Shown: positions 12,728-26,772 of the stretch, one piece after another
Position numbering within the stretch: the stretch's first letter is position 1
Layout of the letters: each line of letters opens with the position of its first letter
NCBI GenBank assembly: GCA_050575255.1
Contig: JBNZDD010013683.1
Coordinates: forward strand, 4,000,456-4,064,455
Length of the DNA: 64,000 bases
Source: Harriotta raleighana
Lineage: Eukaryota
Reading direction: 5' to 3'
Position numbers and translations under genes: made by a program
Notes under the pieces: model-generated
Seen by the model: the letters and a program-made list of their open reading frames with translations, nothing else
What the model was told of the DNA's origin: nothing
Databases searched by the model: none

Positions 12728-13049
12728 GGAGTCCGTTAGCTCAGTGATTGGAGAACTCGCCTGACAAGCGTGAGACCTGTTTCGAATCCAGGCAGATCAG
12801 GGAAAAACCTTGAGCAAGTTTCCTTACTCCACATGCCTAATCGTAATCCGTCCCACCCAAAAAAAACTAGAATAAGTTGATCATTTCAATCTACAGCTGT
12901 TTGTGGGACACTGCTGTGCGCAATTGGCTGCTGCGTTTCGCCCACAAATACACACTCAATTCACTTTACAGTATATTCTCTGAAGCGCTTTGAGACATCT
13001 AGAAGATGTGAAAAGTGCTATATCAAAATGCTTGGATTATTATTATTAT
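12728..13049 (+). mobile_element. tRNA-derived Deu-domain SINE, near full length, nested in an older antisense copy
   Basis: A box TAGCTCAGTG, B box TTCGAATCC, core gggacactgctgtgcgcaattggctgctgcgtttcgcccacaaa, L2-like 3' tail ending (TTA)n. Confidence 0.9.
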
Positions 13050-13871
13050 ATATTATAAAGTGTATATTTTGTGGGTGAAACCCCACCTTTAATCAGCTCC
13101 GGCAATACACTGAGTTTTCATAGCCATAGGAAAAGGGAATCCATTTATTCATTTTATAGAGCATTAAAAATTCAACAGCAACAGTATTCAGTAGAATTTT
13201 GTGCTTTCAGAAAAGCTGACCCTAAAGCATGTTTCTACAGTAGCTCACCCTACAACATGGTTTATGTAACTAAGACTCGTGACCCTAGAGATCTCTTATA
13301 TACTTGCATTTTAAAAGATTCCCTCTTGTCCTAGGTGTATCTATAAAAGTGTATTTTAAAATGTAGATTTTACGCAACAAGTTGGTAAAGCCACAGATTT
13401 CCAGCATCTGCAGCTTTCCATTTTATCACCACATCAGATAGGGTTGAGTGAATAGGCTCCAACTGGTTTGATCCAAACTCAAACATGTTCATTTAATGCA
13501 ATACATTTCTAACACAAAAAAAATTAAGTCTTTGCCTGGCCGAAGACCAAAGTTAAAGCATGATCCTGTTCCAAGTTTGCTTCTTGAAAATCTGAATTAA
13601 TGACAGATCAGATTGGATCAGCCTGACCAAGTTCACACATGTTCGTAATCCACATTTTTTCCAGGCCAGCTCCCAATTATCAACAGGGTTTTAGGTACTC
13701 AATTTAACTGAGACGTCTCGGTAAAATACTGTAGAATGATAACCTACGTACATTAGCAAAGACACCGTCAAAATGCATCACCAAGAATAAAGCACAGCAT
13801 ATTCACCTTAGAAGTTCTGCACATTTCCTATCTGTATTTCTGTGATATGTACACTGTGAAATGTACAAATC

Positions 13872-14080
13872 ACAGGCTCCGAGGCTCTGGAACTCCCTTC
13901 CTCACTCCCTTCGACTCGCCTCCTCTTTTCAGGTCACGGCTAAAGACCTTTCTTTTCGACCGCACTTTCGATCACCTTTTCCCCCCTCCCCCTGGCTCGG
14001 CCCCAGAATCCGTTATTGTGAAGCGCTCTGAGACGCTGTCTGGTGTGGAGTGAAGGTGCGATATAAATCCAAGTTGTTGT
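13872..14080 (+). mobile_element. L2-type LINE 3' end fragment
   Basis: ctctggaactccct (LWNSL) and FRSRLKTFLF ORF2 terminus, tail ending tataaatccaagttgttgtt. Confidence 0.8.
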
Positions 14081-14089
14081 TCATTTTGT

Positions 14090-14780
14090 TCTATTGACTG
14101 CAATCCCAGCCACAAAATAAATAGATGTTCTCCTTAGGTGTGCACATGTACCTGAAGATGGGGTTCTGTGCTTTATATTTTAATTCCTCCTGATAGCATT
14201 CTCTCCATACCTGTTCCAGGTGGGCTACCCAGGAGAGATTAATGTTGGCACTGGATGAAATTTCAACCAGCTCCAGACTCCTAATAGAGTATTCCTGAAT
14301 TGATTCCAATTCTCTAAATATTATCTCTAATGATAAATGCCTCTTCAGCTGAGAATCAAAGCTGTAAATTGGCCTTTCAACCAATCTCCTTTTGACACCC
14401 TTCTCCTTAGAAGTCCGAGGAATAAAGGAAGGTTTGTGATTGATAGCACAAATCACCAGCTCCGATTCTCCACTCCAATTACTATGGTAAATAGGCAGAC
14501 GATACACAGGAAAATAGTCAATGAAACAGTAAATACAATTGGCTCCAAACAGAGCTCAATTGTGAAGGCTGCACTTCAAGCTGATAAATGCATTGGCTCC
14601 AGCCTTGAGTATTCACCACACAAAATCACTGCCACTGACTTCCCAGTCCCCGAGTTCTTGTTGAGAGATTGACAAGACGACATCCAAAATGATCAGAATC
14701 CTTCCTTAATTCATTCCTTAATTCACACTGGCAGCACTGCACCTTGTAAGTAAATTTACCCTGACAATTAAATGCTAAAA
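14090..14780 (-). mobile_element. Degraded L1-like LINE ORF2 C-terminal fragment
   Basis: Peptide KEKGVKRRLV..SFDSQLK..IFRELESIQ..IFRYMCTP resembles the fish L1 ORF2 region after the RT domain; heavily decayed. Confidence 0.4.
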
Positions 14781-14975
14781 GTGAAGATGCAGGATTTCTG
14801 GATTGTCTGAAAATGCAACGAGAATCACTCATTGTCAGAAAACCAACAATTATCCTTGCATCTTAAGTCAAACATCTCACATTTGGTACCAATGCCAGCG
14901 CCTGTTTGCCTGCGCCCCTTGTAGAAAAATCCAAACCTATTTTACACTTTGTATGAATACAATCGGTTACCTTAC

Positions 14976-15252
14976 CATGCGTTTTCAGTGTGTTTGACGT
15001 TTTAGGCCTGGGTGTGGTGATGCCAACCTGTGCTGTCATCCCTCTTCGCCAAGATCCGGTCTGTGAAATGACTGTGGTTTTCTTCGCTGAACTGCTTTTG
15101 TCTGATTCGTCAGACACGTCTGATGGATTTCGTCTCCACTTGGAGCTCGAATCCATCCTCACTCCACTGTCCGATCCACCGTCCGACCTTTTCACTTCTT
15201 CACCGGGCCAAGGAGGGTTTTTCTCTGTGCGCTTCTCTGCATCTGTCTGAGA
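14976..15252 (-). CDS. NAV2: NAV2 exon, 277 nt (SQTDAEKRTEKN...SDGGSDSG...KWRRNPSDVSDESDK...QTGSWRRGMTAQVG...LKTH)
   Basis: Motif TGSWRRGM. Acceptor ttccccag|, donor G|GTAAGG, phase 0 to 1. Confidence 0.96.
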
Positions 15253-16870
15253 CTGGGGAACAGAATTGCAAAGGGAGTCAGCAAAACCCCGAGAATCGTT
15301 CAAATATCTAGGCCATTCTGGCTTGTTAAAAACGCACAAGTGAACAGAGCGTCCGTGTGAAGTAAAATCAATGGCAAACCAAATACGAAAGCATAAATCG
15401 GCGCCTGGATTGATTGCTTCCCTGCGAGTATTTGCTGGAAAATACTTTTGAGGGCGCATCACCTCAAAAATATCCAGCTTGTCAACAGTTCATATCCCCT
15501 AATTCCCCCCCCATGATTCATGATATTGCATCAGTCAAAATGGGTACATGTTGTGACTGTAGAATTTAGTAAATTCGCAAGCAACAATTAAATCTGTGAC
15601 AGCTCCTGTTCGTTTTTCTTCCCCCTCCCCTCAGTATTTCTCATGTCAGTAAGCTGGCATGTCATATTGATGTACAGTAACATAGGTGAAGGTCTAGCAA
15701 AGTACCTGTGCTGCTAACCCTGAGGTGAAAATCTGAACAGTGAGCATCTGTAAACTGCCTGATCTCGAGGGTCAAATCCAAATAGGAATTTGCACCAATT
15801 TACCCCCTCCCCCCCACCACCACATACACTCTACAAACCTACACTCTATAACATTGCTTCCCTCCACTGCCTGCCAGCTAAGATCAGTGATCACAAAATT
15901 CCCTTGTGTTTAACATGAAAAAGTGGGTGGCATTTGATTTTGCAATTGTTGCAAATCACAAATTACCGGATGCCTCTGAACTGAATCGAGTTGAGGGTTT
16001 GATTTGGTGCAAACAATAGCCTTGTGTGCAATGCCTGATATACATTCACGACACTGGCAGGTGTAAGCTTGACTCATTATTTGATCACAATCATTGAAAA
16101 TCTTATCAGAAATGAGGGTAAAATTTATATATTGAAACTACCCACACAAACATACCTCGACATACACAGACTCCCTAAAATACACAAAGGCTCCAAACAC
16201 CCAAACAGCCACATCGACCCCCACCCACCCACCCACACATACACACACACACCCATATACACACACACAAAATCTACATTTAAGGAACTCTATGTGATTT
16301 ATCCTATGAAGAAAACAAAGAAAATGATTCCAAAGGAGTTCTATAACTGGAACCGTATTCTTAAAATAAATAAATCCCTCAATCATGTTGTGAAAGCAAT
16401 TTGCCATCAAATTAAAGCTGAGCCACCAAAAGTTATTTTCAATAACGACAGTTAGCTTCAACCTTTTCATTAATAAGTAAATTAATGGGAGCAGAAAGAC
16501 GGGGACAGACCTTCCCTCAGGCAAACGTAAATAAGCAATAACCTTTAAATTATAATTATCCCATTGCATTACAGCTTTTAAATAATGGAATCCAGCATTT
16601 AATGACAGATATAAAGGCATCGCCACTGTTATCAAGTGAATTAACTATATACCCTTGTTCCAAATGGTAACACGAGGCCTTCTAACAGATAATTTGTCAG
16701 AAACCAAATTATAAGGACTGCATTGCTTTGACCTATCAATGTAAATCAAAACTTTTATTCGTCTTTGAACAAATACCAGTGAAGGTTTGCATTCAAAATG
16801 GGTATTAAGGACTTATGAAACATGACCCTCAAGACTAGGTTTTAATGAGTTTATCTGCCAATTTATCTGT

Positions 16871-17197
16871 GGAGCTCCTGGAGCTCAGTGGTTAGACCTG
16901 TGTGAGAATCCAGGCAGATCAGAGCGAAACCTTGGGCAAGTCATCAATCAATCAATCAAAATTACATTTACATAGCGCCAAGTTTCCTTACTCCACACGT
17001 ACTAAAAATCCATCCCCCCAAAAATGATAAAAATTGGTCATTTCAATCCACGACTGTTTGTGAGGATACATGCAATTGGCTGCCGAGTTTCGCCCACAAA
17101 TATACAGTCAATTCACTTTACAGTATATTCTGTGAAGCGTTTTGAGACGTTGATAAGACGCTATATCAAATGCAAGGGTTATTATTATTTATTATTA
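16871..17197 (+). mobile_element. Same SINE family, head partly deleted
   Basis: ggagctcctggagctcagtggttag head, family body and (TTA)n tail. Confidence 0.88.
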
Positions 17198-17744
17198 ATA
17201 TTGGGCAAAGGGTGCAGTTTTCAGGATTCTACGTTCAGTCATATGGCTCCAATGCCTCCATTATTTTTTTTTCAACATAGGAAGCTGACGAGTTATTCCT
17301 GCAAACCGGGTGTACACCGTTTCCAGTGTTAAAGCGAAATAGACAATACCAGATGGGTGTTACAATGGAGTTGCCCTGCATCTGATATTTGTGGACATAA
17401 TGACATTTGGAAGTTATCAAAACAAATGCAGGCAGCATCACATGAAATCTCATGATGTGTGCAAATCCTAACTGTAACCGACCGGGGTTTCCAGTGAGCT
17501 CTTATGTAAACAGAAGCAGCAGAGTCAGAAACGTGAACTCCAGCGAACTCCAAGAGAGGAGATAGGTAAGACCAGACACTGTGGAGACCACCGTGGGGAT
17601 CAAACCCACGATCAGCAACACCCATGGCAAAAAATTGGTCACCTTATCCTGCGGTTAAGTTACACTCGCATTTGTTGACTGAAAGATAGATTTGTGAGCA
17701 AAGGGGTGAAGGCGAGTGGGGGAAGTGGCAGAGGATACAATCTT

Positions 17745-18010
17745 AGAATGTAAGAACATAAGAATTAGGAGCAGCAGTAGGCCTTTCAGCCCCTTGGGCC
17801 TGCCCCGCCATTCAATAGGATCATGGCTGATCTTCTAATCAAACGCCACCTACCTGCTTTATCCCCATATCCCTTAATCCCTTTATCCATAAGAAATATA
17901 TCAATCTCAGTCTTGAATATGTTCAAGGACTGAGCATCTACAGCCTTTTTGGGGAGAAAATTCCATAAATTTACTACCCACTGAGTGAAGAAGTTTTTCT
18001 TCAACTCAGT
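17745..18010 (-). mobile_element. CR1 LINE 3' end fragment
   Basis: NFFTQWVVNLWNFLP...FKTEIDIFL..KGIKGYG is the typical CR1 ORF2 C-terminus; 3'UTR ggcctactgctgctcctaattcttatgttctta. Confidence 0.9.
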
Positions 18011-19725
18011 GCAATCTTACTAGTGCAATAAACGTTTAGACACACATTTCAGACAAATTTCTGTATTGTCCACTAGAGTACTGTACAACAATGAGATGAT
18101 GTAATGTGTCTCACTGCATAATAGACTCAGACGCATAACTGAACCAGACTACTGCCTGGAAACTAAAACTTATTTCATTCCAGTCTTGGCTGGTTTGGGA
18201 AGTTTATACTGTACATACTGAGCCTGAGCTGAAATTGGAACTGTTCTCGTGACTGTTTACTATAAATGAGGTATGAGAATCTCTTCAGTTCCAAACGCAA
18301 GGATTGGAATTTCCCCAATTATAAGTGGAAGACATCTACCATATAATTAAGATTGTTTAATTAAAACGTTGACGATTTTCCAAACCACAGGATTTGAGAT
18401 TGTAAACGTACTCAAATGTCAGGCACTGTTCATTTTAATCTTTTAATCTAATACTAAATCATAGGTATTTAGCACTTCAAAACAATTGTCAAATATTTCT
18501 CCCATTCTAAGATCATGAAAATGACCTGACAGATGAGCTGTTCCCAATTATTTCATAAAGATATAACTTTCCTAAAGATATCATTGTCAATAGTTCCAGT
18601 TGTTGCCAATAATTTTGCAAAGATATCATGGAGCACCCTTTCATCACTTTCCATTATAGCCCCAGATATCGGTTACAGTCTACATTACAAGGAGGACTAA
18701 GAACTGAACAAGGAATGATATGAAAGGGAACAATAGAGAAAAATGTTTCATTGTGAAGTGCTAATCTGGAGTAAATGTTGGGACTCAATGAAACTGCTTT
18801 CAAAGTTGAACTCCTCTGCGACAAGAATTGGCACAAACTGAAACAAAGCGTTTCAACAAAGTGTTAAAAGTCGTGCTGGATCTTTCCATGACTGCCAGAT
18901 ACGTTTGAGAAAATATACAGCATAAAGTCCAATATAGATAAAATAAATAGTCCTTGATGTGGGACCTCTCAGATCAGGAAGATGTCTCAAAAGCACCATC
19001 ACAAGATTTTACTGTAAAGTACAGAATAGGGACTGTTTATTTTGTGGATGAAACCAGCAACTGTAGCAATGCTGACAATGACCCAATTCCACATGGAGGT
19101 TCCCCAAATCATGGCATTGCTATAGGATGTAATTTCCAGTTATCAGGATTGTAACTGAAGCGCTGCTCCGATCAGTNATGCTGACAATGACCCAATTCCA
19201 CATGGAGGTTCCCCAAATCATGGCATTGCTATAGAATGTAATTTCCAGTTATCAGGATTGTAACTGAAGCGCTGCTCCGATCAGTAAAGATGCCTCAATA
19301 GCACTCGGCGGCCAGAGGCAAGATTACAACAACAACTTAGTGTATCCCATCATGCCTTCAACAACAACAACAACAAAATTACACTTGTACAGCGCCTTTC
19401 ACGTCGGGAGGACGTCCCAAACCTTCAGCCAGCATACACCCCCCAATTCCCTGGAAAAAGGACTGACTTTCCTGAAATTTTAGCTGAAGAATAGAGTTTG
19501 TCATTGTTAGAACTTTTACGACTAAAAAGTAAAAACCCACCAATTGAGGGGTGTTTAAATGTTCAAAGAATGGATGTTTTGTGTCAGACGTTGGCACTTT
19601 TTCCCTCTGGGGCACTATAAATGTATTCACAGGATTTATCGCTCACTTGTGTGAACATGAATCAAATGAAAAAACCTGAAGTGCAATGAGATGGATTCCA
19701 ACTTAAAACAGGATTTGGCATTTAC

Positions 19726-19864
19726 CTGGTTATCGGGGTTCCTGCGAGAGGTAGCTGGTGTGTTGGCATACGAGCTGATGGAGGAGCTGGTGTTGATATC
19801 ATCTGTGCTGAGGTTGTCTATCGTGTCACTGATGCCGCTGCTAACAGAGCTGCTGTCATCCCAG
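19726..19864 (-). CDS. NAV2: NAV2 exon, 139 nt (WDDSSSVSSGISDTIDNLSTDDINTSSSISSYANTPATSRRNPDNQ)
   Basis: Conserved navigator motif SWDDSSSVSSG. Acceptor ctcgtag|C, donor CAG|GTAAAT, phase 2 to 0. Confidence 0.97.
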
Positions 19865-20627
19865 CTACGAGAGGGGAAAACAAAAGATAAGAGTGTTTGG
19901 ACACAAATACACTGCAGTCAGTTTGGAACAAAACCCACACCTCCCAGTCATCGTATTTTAGCATTTCACAGGAATCCTTGATCCCACAGTGAGCAGTAGA
20001 GAAGTGCCAGGAAATTGCAGTTCTAAGGTAACACAATGAGATCCAGTCAATCAGCCCTCGATAAGAGAAAATATTTTTATCTACCTCACCTTGCGGGTTC
20101 TTCAAACAAAGGCCATTTATTCAAAGTGGTTCTCGCCTTCGAAGAGAGTTAGATTTATACCTTGTCCAATGTTGATTTATTCCGCAGAAGGAATGTCATC
20201 AATGACCCACGGCACGCAGCTCTGTGTTCACCCTTCCTATAAATGTTCTGTGGTGTACCAGCCAAGTTGCAACTCAAGTTCTTTATCCAAGGCTGTACGT
20301 ACCATGAGAAACCTATTACTGACTCCAGTCCAAATCTGACTACAGTGCAGGGGAGCAAATGAATTTTCCCATTCCCAAGGTGGATTACTGTAAGCAGGTG
20401 TGCAGCAGAGATCTGTAACCTTCTCACACAAAGGAGAAGGAGAGATCAGAGGTTGAGTCATTTCCAAGCCACGTTCGTACTCAACTCAAGAGCAGCTTCA
20501 GCAGCGGAAATTAAGAGATGACGGTTCCTTGATTTTAAACAATCCTGGAGGATCAGAAAATTATTCCTATAATTTGTTTTCCATCTGCTTATTTTGGGCT
20601 GGCTCAAATGCCTGTTCCCCTCCCTGT

Positions 20628-20920
20628 GGAGCTCCTGTAGCTCAGCGGGTAGAGCACTCGCCTTACAAGCGTGAGACCTGTGTTCGACTCCAAGCAGATC
20701 ATGGCAAAACCTTGGACAAGTTTCTTACTCCACAAACACACCTAATAAAAATCCCCACAATAATAAAAAAAATCATTTCAATCCACGACTGTTGGTGGGA
20801 TACTGCTGCGTTTCGCCCACAAATATACAGTCAACTCACTTTACAGTATATTCTGTGAAGCTCTTTGAGACATCAATAAGATGTGAAAAACAGCTATATC
20901 AAATGGAAGGATTATTATTA
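20628..20920 (+). mobile_element. Same SINE family, near full length
   Basis: tRNA-like head with ccTTACAAgc loop (Val-TAC-like), A and B boxes, family tail. Confidence 0.9.
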
Positions 20921-23216
20921 GTATTGTGGTTGAATAGCCTGCAGAGACTCACTGTCAAGATTCATACATGAACATCAGACATTACAGTAATATACTGGAC
21001 AGTGCTCAGTATATGTCGAGCTATGTCCAGTATAATTAAAATTGCTTCTCATCAATGCTGGGGAGAATATTAGTGGAAGTAAAAGAAAAAGTAAAAAAGG
21101 AGGAAATTTGAATCAACCGTTCAATTTAGGAACTGAAGACCTCACACCATTTTCATGGTATGCTTAATNGAAAAAAAGGAGGAAATTCGAATCAACCGTT
21201 CAATTTAGGAACTGAAGACCTCACACCATTTTCATGGTATGCTTAATGTACAATTCCAAATGATTAAAGTGAATCATCCACTCAGGGAGTGATTTTGANT
21301 AAAAAAGGAGGAAATTTGAATCAACCGTTCAATTTAGGAACTGAAGACCTCACACCATTTTCATGGTATGCTTAATATACAATTCCAAATGATTAAAGTG
21401 AATCATCCACTCAGGGAGTGATTTTGATAATCACCAGAATTGTCTTTGAAAGCTGCAGTGTGCAACTGCATTTTGACTCTGTAACAGAAACTGGACCCCC
21501 AAAAAAAAATGCATAACAAAGGAAGGGTTTACTCTCCGAACTCAAGAGATTTGTTTCTGATTTTGATTAGCCAAATGAACCATTTTCCCCTTTCAATGCC
21601 CAACGGAACCGATGTATGGGGTAATGCTGAAAAACATAACCTCTGAATTAACTTGCTTGATTCTTTCCTGCATAAGAATTTATGTGCCAAAAGGATAACA
21701 TACAATATAATTGAACCCCTTCCACTTACAGGGAGGTACTGTTTCACCAGAGAGCAAATAAATCAAATTTGTTCCAATGACAGTTTGGGGTTAGGATCTT
21801 ACAGCCTTTGCCAATGCAATAAATTGTGCCCTGTGATGATTTGCTGGTTCCAACAAAACACATAATGTATATGTAACTTGCCTGCTCTGGGTGTTCACTT
21901 TTTTCTCTCGTATTTACAAGCCACATTTTGAAATGTAGCTTAAGTATGAACCGCAGAAGAAATAAACTGTCGCGGAATTCATTTTTTGTAGTATTTCAAA
22001 AGTTGCAAGCCGTAAGTCGACAACAACTTGCACTTATATAGCGCCCTCCACAACAGGGTAGCGTCTCAAGAGTGCTTAAATCGTCATCTTACTTTCTGCC
22101 ATTTCTGCTGACTGAATTGAAAGAATGGTTAGAAATACTCAGCTGATTTATGAACACAGATGGTATGTAGTAAAATGACCTATGCATAGCTATAAAATTG
22201 TTACAATAAATTAGCATTTACTTCTCTTTCGAAACCATTCCTACACAGGTCATCATCATTGTTCACTGTCGATATGTATGAAGCCTTCACAACACACTAA
22301 CTTGTGCAAAAAAAAGTCCCCAGCCTTCCTTTTCTTTAAGCTTAAGCATCGATTGATTTACTCTGACATCTTGGTTAAATTATTGCAGAGAATAAACTCA
22401 CTGTTGGAAGATTCTGACCACTGAATTGGAGATCGGGGAGATCATTCCTCGATGCTAGCAGTCAGCACTAGGAATTTCAACCCGTTTTTTGAAAAAAAAC
22501 TAGAAGGTGGAATGCCACAGAGGTGCAGCATTTGAAACAAACATTATCACGAAAAGGACACCACACTTTCTCTAAAGTTTTGTTTTAATTGGGTGATAAA
22601 TCTGAAGGCAAAGCCATCGCAGGAGTAATACGTAAAGGAATTTAAGAAGGGGAAAAAAAAGATTAGAGCGTTTCTGACCCTTCAGTGATAAATCTCGAGC
22701 TGAAAACAATCCATGCATTTGGCTGGAGGTTCTTGTGATTGTGCAGGCATGCCTCTCCCGTCTTGCAGGAAGGAGATAGCGCAGCTTTCACTCAGCTACT
22801 CCCCTCAATGCTGTTCAGACTGAGAACTGAACATGCATCAAACCTGCTCTGTCCCTCATTCCTTTGGTCTGAGCATTAGTTTAGCAATACTCCTCTTCAC
22901 AGAACCCTTGGAAGACAAAAATATTTTTTAAAGTTTCTTTTCATCACTAATTAATTCTCTCCTTCGCTTCCCTTAAGAGCAACCAGGCTGGGAATGCGTT
23001 TCATAGATGCTGATAGGCACCTGACCTCACTCAAGCTTCCAATCTTCAAGTAGGAGCCTACAGGATGCATGACACTTGTTTGTAAAGCAATCAATGCTGA
23101 GTCTAATCCTCTCCTCACCAAAGTCCATACACACATTTTCCAATGGAAGGTGTCACAGGCGCTCAATAGTTTAATCAGGAGAAATGATATTGGATAATAT
23201 TTCTAGATCGTAGGCT

Positions 23217-23519
23217 GAAGTCCTGCAGCTCAGTGGTTAGAGCACTCGGCGTACAAGCGAGAGTCCTGGGTTCGATTCCAGTCAGCGCGAAATCTTGGGC
23301 AAGTTTCCTTACTCTACATGCCTGATGATAATCCCTCAACTAATAATAATAAACAATAATAATTTGGTCATTTCAATCAACGACTGTTTGTGGGGAATGC
23401 TGTTGCGCACAAATATACAATCAATTCACTTTGCAGTATATTCTGTGAAGCGCTTTGAGACGTCTAGAAGACGTGGGAAGTGCTATAATCAAAACAAGGC
23501 TTATTATTATTGTTATTAT
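23217..23519 (+). mobile_element. Same SINE family
   Basis: gctcagtggttagagcactcg...gttcgattcc head and family tail. Confidence 0.9.
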
Positions 23520-26269
23520 AAGAACACTGAAATTATTATTGTCCGTTATCCTGTCATGAAATCTGTTATTTCCCTACGAACCAAAGATTGGAGTCCCTGG
23601 TCTGTGTGACTCAATACCACTTTGTATTTATCTAGTGAGTCACTGACGGAATCCGAACTAATATTTTTGCTGTTTCAGTGACTTATTGTGACTGACACTT
23701 GGGAGAACAATGGATACTCGGCAGTATAGTACCTACCCAGGTCCTTCGTGTCAACCATGTTACATTGGGAGCAGGACTAAGTGACTTGCTCTCAGATTTT
23801 TCTTCCATTAAGCATCTCTCCACACCAACAAGAGATGAGATGAACAAAAGTTTCTCGCTGATGAAATTGGCACACATCAGAAATAAACAATAGGAGTGTG
23901 AGAAAAACAGGACAGATACAAACTGGTCCCTGGGAGTAAACAGTTTGTAGCAGATTTCCATACAAGTTAATTTGCCTACATTTTTATTTATTTATAGTAA
24001 CTGAGCAATTATTCAAAATATTAGCAGGATCAAATGCAAACTAAGCAAAGCCCTAACGATACCCTTTCGCATGAGAAAGAAGATTATGTGTGTGTGTATA
24101 TATATATATTTTTTAATATATAGCGTGACTTTGGGGAAATAACACACATTGTAAGAGAGAACAGGCTTTGTGAAGAATATACCTTCAATGTGAGCATTTT
24201 AAGCCACGTCTAGAGAGACACACAGCCTCGAGCACTCCAACTTCCATTTCAGGCGCTCACTAATCCCACCCAGACTTGTCAAGCTTTCTTTATTGTGGAA
24301 ATCCAGTTCCGATTTGGCTATAGGCAGAGCTGAACCTCGGCTGCCCACTTTTTTACTAACTTTTTTTTTTACCTTTTGTGCTGTTAAAGCTTCTAATTGT
24401 TATCCTTATCCGAGTGCCTGAAGGCTTCACTGAAACCTGGACCCTTGAAGTCAAATGCAGTAGACAGCGATGAGTCACGTACTTCTTTAAAGGAAAAACT
24501 TTTCAACATGACATCATGGTTGTCAGAAATCGGCAATTAAAACACCATCAAACGCTTTGCAAGGGCTGTGCAAACAGTATCACAGCAACAAGGGGTGAAA
24601 GGGCAATGTACACAGCAAATCGATTACCAACACAACACAGCATGCACTTCTGAACTTTTAAAAAAAAATACAGTGCTACTGTACTATGTCGCTCACTTTA
24701 AAAGAGGGAATCTTGACACCCCAATAAAGAGAGGTCTCACCAATAAGTTTGCATTTATATTTCCTAGTGATACAAGGAGAGAAGAAGAAAGGTGGCCACT
24801 ATACCAAATTGTGTTGGAAAGCTGCTGGGTGGGCAGTGGCGAAATAAGTCTCATTAATTTTTCCTGTAACCAAATCAAAGTGTCGTGGAATCTCGTGAAA
24901 ACGTTGACCTCATTGAAAACAGAAACGAGTTTGGCCCGCAAGGAACTCTTAAATTTTTTTTTTTACGTGTGGAAGTGTCTGAGGTTAAAATAAACAGGGA
25001 AAAGCAGCACCCTGCCTTGGGGATTACATTTTCTCACAGCTTGTCCCGCCGCCTGTAACCTGAGCTCTCATTAAACCCTCCGGACAAAAAAGGGGATGGT
25101 GCTGCAAGCCTGTGTAGGATGGCTCTCACGATTGCATCTACAATAAAAATCGGCGTCAGAAAACAGGAAAGCATGTCTTACCTGCCTGATTACTGCTGGC
25201 ACCATCCCTGGAGTCAGTCACACAAAAGACTATTTCACCACACAATATGGATCAGATCAGACCTTCCTCATCACAAGTAGAAGCTACAACATCTGGTGGA
25301 ACTTGTTTCTGGCAAGAGACCAAAGGCCAGGAGGGGTTGACACAAACCAGTAGGATTTGCTTTGTGTCTGTCCCCTCCAGAGAATCAGCATTGACCCTTT
25401 GTGCACTAAAGCATGTTTGGGTTTCCAAACGGGAAGACAATTGGCTTAAGAGTGAGTCTGGATGAAACTATGTATGACCCAGTTTGCAATTTATTGCTTT
25501 ACAGGGAATAACCTTGACTCTGCTCTTATTCAAATTCATACAATAGGTCAGTTTGAAACCTTTCTGTAAGACTATTTTTTTTTCAGGAAAAAATAAAGAA
25601 TCTTTATAGAAAGGGTTCAATCATGTCCATTGTAAGATTTTTTGAGAAGGTAGTTTGAACATTTTCATGTTTTCCCCTCAAAGCATTTCAGATTCTTGGC
25701 ATGGTTGAAGTGTTAACTTGTCTGGAGATTTTTCTTCTCTTTGTACTATACTTTTTTTTGTTAAAAGGTCTTTTTGAAACAAACATTTGTTTGTTAACAT
25801 TTGTTAACAGTAAACATTGTGCCTCACTTTAAGGAGTTAAGCATTTTTCTGAGCTGCAGTAAATAAAGTAGTGGAAACACTCAATGAAGAAAATTCAACA
25901 TTGCCTTTATATTATAATATAATTGTGAACAATTCTTCTAGTCAACCGTCAATAATAGCCACTGCCTTAAACTGTAATATCATATGCTTGCTGTCAAGAG
26001 TACTTCTCATCTGACAGTCACTCTCATAAACCATACCGAGTGGGTCAGCAAAACAGTGCAGCTTAGTTACTTATTAATGTTATGAGAACTTTTACTTATT
26101 ACAGTGCAAAAAGCCAACGGCAAGGTTTCTCCCCAGCACTAAATCACTGCAAAATTAAGTTATAGCAGGAAGGTACAATCCATTCATTGTACAGCTTTAC
26201 ACCGGTGTATGCAGACTAAACAATCCCTGTTTTTTTCAAAAAAATTGAAGTTAGCAAAACTGTTTATAC

Positions 26270-26298
26270 CTTGTATTCAGGACTCTTGTCCAAAGCAT
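26270..26298 (-). CDS. NAV2: Putative short alternative first coding exon (MLWTRVLNT, continuing SWDDSSS)
   Basis: ggagacATG context; donor AG|GTATAA in phase 2 matches the acceptor at 19864. Resembles my recollection of an MLW... start in a short mammalian NAV2 isoform (not verified). Confidence 0.55.
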
Positions 26299-26758
26299 GT
26301 CTCCACTTCACTGCTCAACAGCAGCTCGACAGAGGTTTCTGGTTTGGGCTTTGCTGGGAGATAACTAGATCTGACTGTCAGTGCATTTGAAGATCCGCTG
26401 TTCCAAGTGAAGCTTCTACGCTATCGCACAGCGCGAGCCAAATAACATGTAGGGACTTGAAGACCATCTTCAACTCCGCCAGGGAGTAATCTAAAACCAA
26501 ACTAAATCAGACTCTGAAGCACTGCAAAGGCAAAGAGGTCACAGTATCTGCTTGCAACAGGTCAGCCATAAAGGATTTTTGATGCAGTGGCAGTGGAGCA
26601 CACAGCTAATATAAGCCAGGAGGTGGAAATATGCAAAGTGTGAGCTTGGGATGGATGCACAATGACTCTCGGGCGCCACCAGGAAATGCTGTCACGCTGA
26701 CTGAAGGGTGGAACTTTCTTCATTAAGGCAGATCAAAGCTTCTTATTGCTCCCGCTAA

Positions 26759-26772
26759 CCAGCAGGGGGCCA
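26759..26772 (+). promoter_or_regulatory. CTCF-like motif CCAGCAGGGGGCCA
   Basis: Matches the CTCF core CCASYAGRKGGC; lies about 460 bp upstream of the putative MLW start codon. Confidence 0.45.

Noticed and set aside
14966-14975. Tandem donor GTAAG-GTAAC
   Set aside because: The second site would add 5 nt and shift frame; no evidence that it is used.
20090-20150. Consensus donor AAG|GTGAGG just upstream of the exon at 19864
   Set aside because: No ATG-led frame compatible with phase 2; isolated donor-like motifs are common.
20628-20700. tRNA-Val-like sequence at SINE heads
   Set aside because: Each continues into the SINE body and lacks a complete acceptor stem; these are not tRNA genes.
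21095-21427. Three-copy tandem array that could be mistaken for a CRISPR-like or satellite array
   Set aside because: No repeat-spacer structure; copies are separated by single Ns and best explained as assembly artefacts.
25181-25205. ATG-VPAVIRQ followed by CAG|GTAAGA
   Set aside because: Phase 0, so it hits an immediate stop when joined to the next exon (19864); no other support. A non-coding exon cannot be excluded.
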